From assembly GCA_951406725.2 (NCBI GenBank), contig OX597824.1:74400001-74464000 (forward strand): DNA of 64,000 bases. Reading direction: 5' to 3'. The stretch's first letter is position 1; each line of letters starts with the position of its first letter. The notes beneath the pieces were generated by a model. That model searched no databases and was not told where the DNA came from. It saw nothing but the letters and a program-made list of their open reading frames with translations. Positions 1-11,224 of this stretch are shown piece after piece. Source of the DNA: Octopus vulgaris (Eukaryota). A program made the translations under genes and the position numbers.

Positions 1-57
1 TGGAGAGTGGGGTACTGTATGTGTATAATCAGTAGAATTCACTTGAACATCAGTAGT
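1..57 (-). CDS. Candidate internal coding exon of an unidentified host gene (runs off the left edge)
   Basis: Minus strand reads ctctttattggtttAG|ACT ACT GAT GTT CAA... = TTDVQVNSTDYTHTVPHSP. Phase 0 is open to the window edge; non-repetitive sequence. Confidence 0.35.
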
Positions 58-204
58 CTAAACCAATAAAGAGTTAATTCATTAATGATAAGTGTTTGCG
101 TGCATGCTTTGGCTGTTTTCTACAGCCAAATGTGCTACCAGATGCCAAGCTTTATCTGTATCCAAGCAGGATGACAATCACACAGTTTATCGAGCAGTTT
201 ATAA

Positions 205-375
205 GTGTAGGAGTGGCTGTGTGGTAAGTAGCTTGCTTACCAACTACATAGTTCCGGGTTCAGTCCCACAGCGTGGCACCTTGGGCATGTGTCTTCTACT
301 ATAGCCTCGGGTCGACCAAAGCCTTGTGAGTGGATTTGGTAGATGGAAACCGAAAAGAAGCCTGTCGTATATATG

Positions 376-424
<49 letters not shown>

Positions 425-650
425 GTGTGTGTGTGTATATGTTTGTGTGTCAGTGTTTGTACCCCAACATCGCTTGACAACCGATGCTGGTGTTTACGTC
501 CCCGTAACTTAACGGTTTGACAAAAGAGACCGATAGAATAAGTACTAGGCTTCCAAAGAATAAGTTCTGGGGTCGATTTGCTTGACTAAAGGTGGTGCTC
601 CAGCATGGCCACAGTCAATTGACTGAAACAAGTAAAAGAGAGAGTAAAGA
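205..650 (+). mobile_element. SINE family A (tRNA-derived, CORE-like, internal (AT)n), full length
   Basis: A-box-like TGGCTGTGTGG, B-box-like GGTTCAGTCCC, MIR/CORE-like GGCACCTTGGGCA segment, internal (AT)n/(GT)n, GTAAAAGA tail; many near-identical copies in the window. Confidence 0.85.
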
Positions 651-1084
651 GTAATGAAGAGTTCAGACATGGTTATGTGCAGAACTGGAATCAACATCAC
701 TGCATGAACAAGCATTTTGCATAAAAAGATTGCACAACATGTCAATACATGCCAGGAAATTCTGGGCTGCTTTTGTTCTTGACTGTAAACAGCAATCAAT
801 AGAGCTATTATTTACCACTAGCAACTAGTGGTAAACTCACTCACACAATCACACACATATTTATATACACACACACGCGCGCACACACAGACACACACAC
901 ACAAACACATACATACATAAACACACACACACACATGCTCACATATAAATATAAAAACAAGAGAAGTATGAACTCACTCACACAATCACACACATATTTA
1001 TATACACACACACAAACACACACACGCACACACAGACACACACACACACAGACACACACACACAAACACATACATACATACATA

Positions 1085-1134
<50 letters not shown>

Positions 1135-1136
<2 letters not shown>

Positions 1137-2240
1137 CTCAGAGAGCTGAGCATCCAGTGAAACAGGGAGAAAGAGATAAAAGCAGCAGGCATCATGAAAT
1201 TGATGCTCAGAGAGCTGAACGTCTTTGCCAACAGATGAATAAGATCTGTGTCTGTTGTCACGCAATGCTTTTCCATGGTGAAACTGCTAACTTTTGCTGT
1301 ATGAATAGGGAAGTCAGGCTGGGGAATCTGCACCCTTTACCCCAGGAACTTCACAATTTATTTAGTGCTGATCAACCTAGAGCAAACGAGTTTAGGGAAA
1401 CCCTCAGACAATACAACTTTTTGTTTGTTCCTTCTCGAACCATCCCTGGCTCATTAGGGCCGGTTTCCCAGTTTCCTTGGCGCATAGGTTCCCCACCTGG
1501 ACAGGACGCCGGTCCATCGCAGGTGAGCTGCAAGATGCAGGAGGAAAGAGTGAGAGAAAGTTGTGGTGAAAGAGTCAGCAGAAGTTCGCCATTACCTTCG
1601 GCCGGAACCATGTGGAACTTAAGTGTTTCGCTCATAAACACGCACATTGCCCAGTCTGAGATTCGAACCCGTGATCCCTCGACCATGAGTCCACTGCTCT
1701 AACCACTAGGCCATGTACCTCCATGGACAATACAACTGCCTGTTTATGATTAACAACAAGAAGTTGATGCCAGTGAGCTACATCGCCTATCGAATAATAA
1801 ACCATGAAAATGAATTCAACCAACTTCTCAGAGGCGGTAATTTATTTCGGCAATATTTGATTGACATGGCTGCAAAGATTAAAGGAGATAGGCTGCAATA
1901 CATTTGAATGAATCAAACATCATTGTGATCTACAACATACAAAGGCCTTACTAACGTATTGAATGATGGTGATGATTTTCACAATACTGGCAGGCGAATC
2001 ATACTCACTTCCACATTTGTCAGTAGACCTATGAGTGTCCTATAATTTGGAGGTAAAGCTTCAAAGCTGTTGACCTTACTCTGCATGACATATGCGATAA
2101 CAATGAGGCATTCGGTGGAATTTTGACAATTTACTGTGGTGATTTCCATCAACTTCTTCCCGCAGTGAAAAGGAGATATGACGCAGATGTGGAAAACGCA
2201 TGCATTACAAAATTTTACTTATGGTGAAGCTTCAGAAATG
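1135..2240 (+). pseudogene. Decayed, internally deleted Helitron RepHel
   Basis: CHAMLFHGETANFCC..LHPLPQELHNLF..FRETLRQYN (Helitron N-terminal Zn motif); YRII..NQLLRGGNLFRQYLIDMAAKIK..RLQYI and GRRIILTSTF (Rep-proximal); then AVDLTLHDI..FGG..CGDFHQLLP (PIF1 helicase). Stops present; SINE inserted at about 1425-1722. Confidence 0.85.
1425..1722 (-). mobile_element. SINE family D (tRNA-derived) inserted in the Helitron
   Basis: Reverse complement begins GGAGGTACATGGCCTAGTGGTTAGAGCAGTGGACTC...GGTTCGAATCTC; homologous to 21745-22045. Confidence 0.8.
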
Positions 2241-2263
2241 AGACCGAGAGAATGAGTAGTAGG

Positions 2264-2697
2264 GGATCTTTGTGGTTTGAATGGCAGTTTTTAACATAAT
2301 TTCTAGGTAACTGAAAAATTTTTAACTTCGTATACTGGTAGAATGTGTTTATAAAACATCTTTTTCTCTTGGCTTTATTGAGAAAATTCTATAGTTTGTA
2401 AGATATTTGTTGTTTTTTTTCTTCAATTTCTGCAATTTCAACCAATCACTGATGTCTATTGAGGTAAAGAACATTCTGTGCTGTATGAATATGTCCCTCG
2501 TTTAAGAAACAGATTGGGTTTATTTACATTTGTGAAGAAAAAAAAGATACCCTTCCCCCCACCCCTAACCCTAATCCTAACTAACCCTAACCCTAAAACA
2601 GATTGAAATGCAATAGATCGATACTAGGGTCATAATTATGGGTGACAATTTCATATGACACCGCTAGAAAAAACTGCCGTTCAAACCGAAAAGATCC
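2264..2697. mobile_element. Non-autonomous TIR DNA transposon (MITE) with 8-bp TSD, inserted in a family A SINE
   Basis: TIRs GGATCTTTGTGGTTTGAATGGCAGTTTTT / AAAAACTGCCGTTCAAACCGAAAAGATCC; flanks gtagtagg (2256-2263) and ttagtagg (2698-2705); SINE A sequence resumes on both sides. Confidence 0.8.
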
Positions 2698-2929
2698 TTA
2701 GTAGGCTTACAAAGAATAAGTCCTGGGGCTGATTAGTTCAACTAAAGGTGTTGCACCAGTATGGCCACAGTCAAATGACTGAAACAAGTAAAAGAGTATA
2801 CAAAACACATACACACACACACAAACACACATGCACACACATTCGCACACACAGATATATAGATATATCCTGAAGGGATGGATAGTAGACTTTCATGAGA
2901 ATAGCCTATGGCAAGGGTTTTGAGTATTT

Positions 2930-3095
2930 TAATGGAATAAACTGCCTGCGTCAGTTGTTGACTGCCATGACACTGCATCCTTTAAGGCCCTCATGCTTTC
3001 CGAAATCCATCGAAACTACACCTGATTATATATGCACTTTAGATGAGTTGTAGTGCACCTGAGCACTGTACACAATGTTTATTATTATTATTATT
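2930..3095 (+). mobile_element. CR1-type LINE 3' end fragment
   Basis: WNKLP-coding segment, 3' UTR GTTGTAGTGCACCTGAGCACTGTA and (ATT)n tail, shared with 17040-17290. Confidence 0.75.
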
Positions 3096-3638
3096 GAGTG
3101 AGAGAGCAGTTCATGCCATCAAAGTGACACTGGGGTAAAATATATGAAGCCCAATATACCCATCATGACTACCCATCTGATAAAGGCACACCAGGCACAT
3201 GCATCACAACCATATGTGCGCGACATGGTGATCTCATATCAAGATAAACAGCACATGACCTTGCAGGTGGGGCCCAGTTAGAATTTTCTTCAGGTTGAGT
3301 AGCCCATCCCGCTCAAATGGTCCCTGAATAAGGGTTGTTTAAGGATGTTGAAAGAACCACCCATGTTTCCAGAGGTGAATTATTCAAACCCCAAAGAATC
3401 CCTCTCAACACATGGCTATGATGCTCCCCCACTACTTCTGCTCGTGATCAGAGATGCACATATCGTCAGCCACTTAGGGACATGCTCAACTGGTTAAGGT
3501 CAAACAACTGACAAGCAAATCTGTGGTATTGAGCAGAATATTTGCTGTAGCCCGTCTTTTATACCAAGACAAAACAATGTACATGATAACACTTCCAATC
3601 AGTTAAGATCAGAAGCCATGAGAGCCATTGCCTGGTAC

Positions 3639-3640
<2 letters not shown>
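3095..3640 (-). mobile_element. Retroposed non-coding element within an (ATT)n tract; possibly an R4/Dong-related 3' region
   Basis: About 545 bp of complex sequence bounded by (ATT)n on both sides; ends ...CTCTCTCACTC(AAT)n on the minus strand. Confidence 0.5.
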
Positions 3641-3676
<36 letters not shown>

Positions 3677-3752
3677 TTCAAAATCAAGGTCAATTCTATG
3701 CTCACATTTGTGTTCCCCTCTATTTCTCTTTTTCCTACACACTCCTAAAACA

Positions 3753-3796
<44 letters not shown>

Positions 3797-4019
3797 AATA
3801 CATGTCACCACCAACAATATACTGCGAGCAACACAAACACAGCAATCTTACTAGGAAGTCAGTGGCTTACATACTTTAAGAAATTATTCAAGAGAAGAAA
3901 GCCAAGAAGACTTGTAACGTTCAAAGAGAGTGGGAAGGAGAGAGGAGAGAGAGAAGGGGAAATGCCCATAAAAAGGGCAAGAGAAAGAGGGAGAAGAGAG
4001 GGAAATGCCAATGTAAAAG

Positions 4020-4053
<34 letters not shown>

Positions 4054-4139
4054 GTAAAGTAGTAAAAAGAAAAAGAAGTGGAGCTACATTTAAAAAAAAT
4101 ATTTTATCATTGCTTTTGTTATTTACAATTGTCAACCAG

Positions 4140-4187
<48 letters not shown>

Positions 4188-4190
<3 letters not shown>

Positions 4191-4590
4191 CGTAGGAGTG
4201 GCTGTGTGGTAAGTAACTTGCTTACCAACCACATGGTTCCAGGTTTCTGTCAGACAGCGTGGCACCTTGAGTAAGTGTCTTCTATTATAGCCTCGGGTCA
4301 ACCAAAGCCTTGTGAGTGGATTTGGTAGACGGAAACTGAAAGAAGCCTGTTGTGTATATATATATATGTGTGTGTGTATATGTTTGTGTGTCTGTGTTTG
4401 TCCCTCTAGCATTGCTTGACAACCGATGGTGGTGTGTTTATGTCCCCGTAACTTAGCGGTTCAGCAAAAGAGACTGATAGAATATGTACTAGGCTTACAA
4501 AGAATAAGTCCTGGGTTTGATTTGCTTGTCTAAAGGCAGTGCTCCAGCATGGCCACAGTCAAATGACTGAAACAAGTAAAAGAGTAAAAG
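4188..4590 (+). mobile_element. SINE family A, full length
   Basis: Same head, CORE-like segment and tail as 205-650. Confidence 0.85.
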
Positions 4591-5629
4591 ATATATATAT
4601 ATATAAATCTATATATATATATACCTGGATTTAAAACACTGGATGATGATGATGATGATGATGGTGATGATACATACATATGTATTTCATCATCATTATC
4701 ATTATTTCATGTCCATTGTCCATGCTGGCATGGGTTGTACAGTTTGACCCCAGCTGGTAAGCTGAGGGGCTGCACCAGACTCCAGTCTGATTTGGCATAG
4801 TTCCTACAGCTGGATGCCCTTCCTAACACCAACCATTTGAAAGTGTGCTTTCAGTGCTTTTACATGCCACTGGCACAGGTGCCAGTTGCTTGAAGAAAAA
4901 AACTAAGAAGAAAAAAAATGGGAAAGCTATGTAATTTGTGAGTCACTATAGCAGGAATTATGCAGCACGGATTTTTGTCAGTGAACAGGTCGCGGATTTT
5001 AGCGACGAAAATATTTTGACAAATTAAACTTAAATGTTGAAGTGAATCGAACGGCTTTTGTGTGTTTCTTAAATGGCTTACAAACACCTTCCACGCTGCA
5101 ATTGTTTATGTTAAATACATATACATTTAATTAGACAAATAGATTAATTAAACAAATAAACAATTATGAATACATATATGTACACACACACACACACACA
5201 TGGTGTCTGTCTGGTGGCCAGCTGTCATAGGGGAGACAATCTCTTCTAGATTAAGTTAAGGTGTTTAGGTGGGTTCGAAAGACTAGAATATAAATCAGAG
5301 TGAAAAAAAGGGAGCACAGAACATACACATTTAGTATTTCCTTTTCCAGGACGTTATAAAGCTTGTAAAATATCTAGTTGTCACTATCTATCTATCTGTC
5401 TGCATATAAATATATATATATGTGTGTGTGAGTGTGTGTGTGTATGCATACATATACATAAATATATATGTGTGTGTGTGTATACATATATATACATATA
5501 TATATATACATATATATATATATATTGCTCATCAACTGAGTGATTATATGATGTGATGGGGTGTGGTGTGCATGTTGATGGGATGGCTATCATCTCTCAA
5601 GATGAAGTAACCATCATATATATAATATA

Positions 5630-6245
5630 TGCCAGTGCAGCCTCCACTGGCTTCTGTGCCGGTGGCACATAAAAAGCACCATCCGAACGTGACCAATGCC
5701 AACCCCGCCTCGAATGGCTTCTGTGCCGGTGGCACATGAACATTGAACCAAATATCAATGGAAACAGTAGCTGTGATACCTGTGCCAGTGACACATAAAA
5801 AGCACCATCCGAACGTGACCGTTGCCAGTGCAGCCTCCACTGGCTTCTGTGCTGGTGGCACATAAAAAGCACAATCCGAACGTGACCGATGCCAACCCCG
5901 CTTTGAATGGCTTCTGTGCCGGTGTCACATATAAAGCACCATCCGAATGTGGCCGATACCAGCACCGCCCTGACTGGCTTCTGTGCCGGTGGCACATAAA
6001 AAGCACTATCCGATCGTGGCCGATGCCAGAGCCCTCTGGCACCTGTGCAGGTGGCACGTAAAAAGCACCCACTACACTCGCGGAGTGGTTGGCGTTAGGA
6101 AAGGCATGCAGCTGTAGAAACACTGCCAGATCAGACTGGAGCCTGGGGCAGCCCCTGGCTCCCCAGACCCGGTCGAACCGTCCAACCCGTGCTAGCGCGG
6201 AAAACGGACGTTAAACGATGATGATGATGATGATGATGATGATGA
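5630..6245 (+). mobile_element. SINE family C (internal approx. 55-60 bp GGTGGCACATAAAAAGCACC repeats, GGAAGGGCATCC-type motif, (GAT)n tail)
   Basis: Repeated CTGTGCCGGTGGCACATAAAAAGCA units, then GGTTGGCGTTAGGAAAGGCATGCAGCTGTAGAAAC and GGACGTTAAAC(GAT)n. Copies on both strands at about 4690, 6262, 14085, 27850, 31440, 37690, 40278 and 43940. Confidence 0.8.
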
Positions 6246-6261
6246 TATATATATATATATA

Positions 6262-6540
6262 TCATCATCATCATCATCATCATAGTTTAACGTCCGCTTT
6301 CCATGCTAGCATGGGTTGGACGGTTCAATTGGGGTCTGGCAAGCCCGAAGGCTGCACCAGGCCAGTCAGATCTGGCAGTGTTTCTACAGCTGGATGCCCT
6401 TCCTAACGCCAACCACTCCGAGAGTGTAGTGGGTGATTTTATGTGCCACCGACACAGGTGCCAGACGAGGCTGGCAGACGGCCACGCTCGGATGGTGTTT
6501 TTTATGTGCCACCGACACAGGTGCCAGACGAGGCTGGCTC
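6262..6540 (-). mobile_element. SINE family C, tail-to-tail with 5630-6245
   Basis: (CAT)n followed by GTTTAACGTCCGC...GGATGCCCTTCCTAACGCCAACC. Confidence 0.8.
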
Positions 6541-6825
6541 AAGATACCAGCACCGCCCTGACTGGCTTCTGTGTCGGTGGCACATAAAAAGCACTATCCG
6601 ATCGTGGCCGATGCCAGAGCCCTCTGGCACCTGTGCAGGTGGCACGTAAAAAGCACCCACTACACTCGCGGAGTGTACATATATATATATGTAATGTATG
6701 TATAGGAGAGTATTGCTGTTCACTTGAAGCACTGTGTATTGTTTGTAAAATATAACGTGTCTTGAATGGCAAAAACAATGCAGAGTGGACTATAAATAAC
6801 TGTTATAATTTAATTATCCAAAGCC

Positions 6826-6875
6826 TGATATAATAATAATATTTCGGAATAGAAAAGTTCCTTCTTCAGATATCA
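6826..6875 (-). ncRNA. Minimal type I hammerhead ribozyme motif (degenerate)
   Basis: Minus strand TGATAT CTGAAGA A GGAA cttttcta TTCC GAAA TATTA...ATATCA: core boxes, 4-bp stem II, and stem I TGATAT/ATATCA. Confidence 0.55.
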
Positions 6876-7020
6876 CTAGGAATTGATTGAGTCACTGCTA
6901 TAATCGGTTTTCCAATGGTTACTGAAATTTTTTTTTCTGGATGTGTCTCTGCAGTGGTCTCACGAAACTCCTTCCAGAATTCCTCATGAGAAGTGTATGA
7001 GGGCGGCCGTGTCTGAAGCA

Positions 7021-7115
7021 CAGGAGTGGCTTGTAGGCGCAGGAGTGGCTTGTAGGCGCAGGAGTGGCTTGTAGGCGCAGGAGTGGCTTGTAGGCGCAGG
7101 AGTGGCTTGTAGGCG
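7021..7115 (+). repeat. 19-bp minisatellite, 5 copies, derived from the SINE A head
   Basis: (CAGGAGTGGCTTGTAGGCG)5 runs directly into the SINE A body. Confidence 0.9.
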
Positions 7116-7390
7116 CAAGAGTAGCTGTGTGGTAAATAGCTTGCTTACCAACCACATAGTTCCGGGTTCAGTCCCACTGCGTGGCAACTTGGGCAAGTGT
7201 CTTCTACTATAGCTTTGAGTCGACCAAAGCCTTGTGCTGGCATATCTGCAGTGCTGCTTCTAAGTTATGTATTATACATGTAGTTTCTGTTTTTTTTTCA
7301 ATAATACACGAGGATGCAATCAAAAATGAACCTACATGCATCCAGATGTAGCTAAATAATTATATTGCCAACCCCCAGCCTTTTGTTAAT

Positions 7391-7696
7391 TTAGGGCCCT
7401 AGTCTGTCTATGAGGATAGCTTCCTTAATTCTTAGATTACCCAAATTTCTTTCATTAGCCTCAATTGTGACTGTTATACTTTTGTTGGTGTTCCGGCATC
7501 TGTTTGGATGTTTTCTGAAGGAGAAGGCTCTCGTATTCAGATGTTCTTTGATGTGAATGCATAACGATCTTGCTGTGCTACCTATATAGAACTTGTTGCA
7601 TATGTTACATTGTATTCTATACACAACATTTACCCATTGGCATAAAACTGTGTCTCGGATGGAGCAGTTAGCTAGTGTGCATTGATTGCTGTCCAT
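7391..7696 (-). pseudogene. GIY-YIG endonuclease domain of a Penelope-like element
   Basis: VVY..C..C...YIG.T.R.L...IKEH motif with downstream catalytic E (IKEAILI). Confidence 0.85.
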
Positions 7697-8305
7697 TGCT
7701 TGTTTCTTTGCCAGGTATCTTCTCAGAGAGGGGCCGGAGTGGGTTAGTTGTATGTCTAATCCTTCTCTTTTTATGGCTTTTTGGATGGCTGTAGTTATCC
7801 TCTCGCTAAAATGGGGTATTTTAAGGAAGCATGTGTTGCTGGGTTTTCTGTGTGTTCGGCGTGTTTGTCATCTTAGGTACTTAAGCCAATTTACAATGAA
7901 TATAGGGTACCTGTTGGCTTTCAATATCTCTAGGAAGCATGTGAGAGCTGGACTGGTTGAGGTAAAGTAATTGTGACGTAATGTTGCTATGTGTACCGAG
8001 TTTGGTTTTTGGTGTTAAATTCGAAATCATGATACCAGGTTAACTGGCATTCCTTCTGGCAATTTTGTAGAGTTAAGGTGCAATCCTTATTCACTTAGTT
8101 TTTTTTTCCAATTATACCTGTGAAAATCTAGTGTTAATTTTTGTGTCTTCGGAGTATTTTTGACTCCTATTTTTAGTAAAGCTGGCGCTTTATAGCACCC
8201 TTGTTATATATAATTCTAATATAGATCTATGAATATTGCCTTTATGGTTTTAGGATTGCGGCCACTATTATCCCTCATGAGTATTAATGTTCCTTATATA
8301 TTTAT

Positions 8306-8725
8306 AAGCACAGGAGTAGCTTGTAGGCGCAGGAGTGGTTGTGTGGTAAGTAGCTTGCTTACCAACCACATAGTTCCGGGTTCAGTCTCACTGCGTGGCA
8401 ACTTGGGCAAGTGTCTTCTACTATAGCTTCGGGTCGACCAAAGCCTTGTGAGTGGATTTGGTAGACGGAAACTGAAAGAAGCCTGTCGTATATATGTATA
8501 TGTATATATATGTGTGTGTGTTTGTGTGTGTGTTTGTCCTCCACAACATTGCTTGACAACCGATGCTGGAGTATTTACATCCCCGTAACTTAGCGGTTTG
8601 GCAAAGAGACCAATAGAATAAGTACTAGGCTTACAAAGAATAAGTTCTGGGGTTGATTTGCTCAACTAAAGGTGGTGCTCCAACATGGCCACAGTCAAAT
8701 GACTGAAACAAGTAAAAAGAGTAAA
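8306..8725 (+). mobile_element. SINE family A, full length
   Basis: Same structure as 205-650, with one extra head unit. Confidence 0.85.
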
Positions 8726-8870
8726 AAAAAAAAGAGTATTATTCTGTATATAACTACCTAACAGTATACTCACAAACATACGTGTATATAGTTAGGTAAC
8801 TACATACAGAGTTATATGTATTATTTATAATTTTTAATATATATATATATATCATCATCATCATCATCAT

Positions 8871-8923
<53 letters not shown>

Positions 8924-9779
8924 TCAGATGTGTACACACATACATATGTGGTATGTAGTATATATTTTTGTTTCCTTCATTCCTGCATCTCTAGGGTGTA
9001 GTGTTGTTGGAAAACTAGAGCTGAAATCTAATATTACCTTGGGAACAGTACACAGTAGCTTGAAGAACCCCTGTGGCTCGTAAGCTACAGTTAGTTTACT
9101 GTTACTTTATATACAATTATATTTTCTATCCTAGTCTGTCATCCTAATTTGTAAAAAATGGAAAATATAGGTTGCTTGTAGTAAACTATCAACAGATTTC
9201 ATTTACCTCTTATAACTTTAAAGTATCTGAAAGAGAGTGATGAGATCAAGATTAATGCTTTCTTGAAGGGCATCTACCTCCAAAACTCCAGTGAGCATGG
9301 GTTTTAGGTGTGGTGGCGGCTTTGGAATGTAGGATGTACTTAAATATCAATATTCTGTTTCCTCTGAAGGACCTCTCATAGATTTACAGTGTCAAACACT
9401 TAGAAGTAATCTGAGAGTCTCCATCAAAAATAAAGTTGATGTCGTTTACAGGATGAGCTGTTGGATTCTCAGAACTTGCCAGTTCGAAGACCTAGATATT
9501 ATCTTTTACAATCGTATTTTCCTTGAAATACATTGCTTTTGGTTCGATTAATTTAAAAAATAAGGTTTTAATTTGGACCACTTTCAAACAGAAACTTCAT
9601 ATCTTAGTGCCAATCAGGTGTATGGTATGGAATCACAGGGGTTCACATAATTTCTACACCACTTTGACAAAATCTTCAATTTTGAGAAATGGCTCAAAAA
9701 CAGAATTCATAAACGGGAACTCCAACAAGTTGAAGCATTCTTCTCAGAAAAAATACCTAACATAGAAATTCATAGAAAA

Positions 9780-10300
9780 TTGTTGCCCTAGATTTAGAAT
9801 TTCCTATTAAGTAGTACTGACCTCAAAGGGCTCTCTTGGGACCACACCTCTTTACTGATTACATCAACAACATAACAAGTGTCATAAAAGTTTTCACAAC
9901 AGACTCTAAGTTTCAGCAAAGGTGACCAAATAAATTGTTGATAAAGTTGAGCTCATCCACTTTGGAATATAGGATGTGCTTAAATATCAATATTCTGTTT
10001 CCTCTGAAGGACCTCTCATAGGTTTACAGTGTCAAACACTAAGAAGTAATCTGAGAATATCCATCAAAAATAAAGTTGATGTAGTTTACAGGATGAGCTG
10101 TTGGATTCTCAGAACTTACTAGTTCAAAGACCTAGATATTATCTTTCGATCTTCTACTTCTGTGCAGTCTCATTCAGGGTACTGTTGCCTTCTATGTTCT
10201 TTCTGTACCAAATAACATATTATGAGAATTGACAACAATTATTAAAAAATAAATAGCAAGACAGAATTTGATTATTAAGATTACCTCACAGCAAACTCTT
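9780..10300 (+). mobile_element. Highly decayed CR1-like LINE RT fragment
   Basis: Frameshifted PQG-SLLGPHLF..YINNI-like segment near 9820-9890 and MSCWILRT further on; 9960-10146 is duplicated at 9320-9506. Confidence 0.5.
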
Positions 10301-10689
10301 ACACTGTTGTACCATTGAATTACAAATAATGCCCATTTTTATGCTTGGGTGACCCTACAGCTTCCAACAGTACAACTGTATTCATCTTTGCTTAGGTAAA
10401 ATGAGATAAATTGTGGGTATTAAGTCCCCATGAAGGGGTCTTTCTAACTTGGAAGAAGATGAAATTTTATAAATATTACTTCATTTGTGTTCAATATCTA
10501 ATGGTTAAAATTTCATCAACAGCAAAAATATATGAATTGTCATGGGAGTTATGGCCCTTCTACCTACCTACCTACCTACATACATACATACATACATATG
10601 TCGTTATTGTATTTCATGTTGTTTACGTTTTGTGATGTCCTGTACCCATATATGCATATATATATATATACATATAGATGTAAGTATGT

Positions 10690-10732
<43 letters not shown>

Positions 10733-10786
10733 CATATAGATGTATGTACATGTACATATATATATATATACACACATACATATATA

Positions 10787-10826
<40 letters not shown>

Positions 10827-11224
10827 CATATATATATCAGTGTATTGACAGTTGACATTTTTCATCAGTAAAATACAAAATACAAGATAGAAAAATTAAT
10901 AATACATATTTTTTGTTTGTTTGTTTTCTCCACTGAGAATTTTAATCGCAATTAAAGAAATGTCTCGAAGGAATAATTACATTTACATAATGATGATGAC
11001 GATAATGATGATAATAAGAACAATAATGATGATGATGATGATGATGATGATAATAATTTCTAATGTAAGCCCAAGCACAATGTCAGATTTGCAGAAAATG
11101 AGAGGAGAGAACAATTAATTAAATCAACCCCCAGTACTTGATTGGTACTGTTTCATCTACCCTGGGAAAAATACAAGGAGGTCTCAATGGAGCTGGTAGC
11201 AATGATGGTATGTTGCTACTAGTC

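Larger units (their letters stand above)
6700..8300 (-). mobile_element. Decayed Penelope-like retroelement (RT C-terminus, GIY-YIG endonuclease, 3' pLTR with hammerhead)
   Basis: ORF 7391-7696 contains NVVYRIQCNICNKFYIGSTARSLCIHIKEHL...LRIKEAILI; hammerhead-like motif downstream at 6826-6875. Outer boundaries approximate. Confidence 0.8.

Noticed and set aside
834-1140. Tandem duplication of a CA-rich block
   Set aside because: Ordinary microsatellite-associated duplication.
935-1702. 255-aa ORF as a host gene
   Set aside because: It is a chimera of (CA)n, a Helitron fragment and an antisense SINE.
7021-7115. CRISPR-like array (also 29870-30008 and 23049-23830)
   Set aside because: No unique spacers, eukaryotic context, and the units are SINE-derived.
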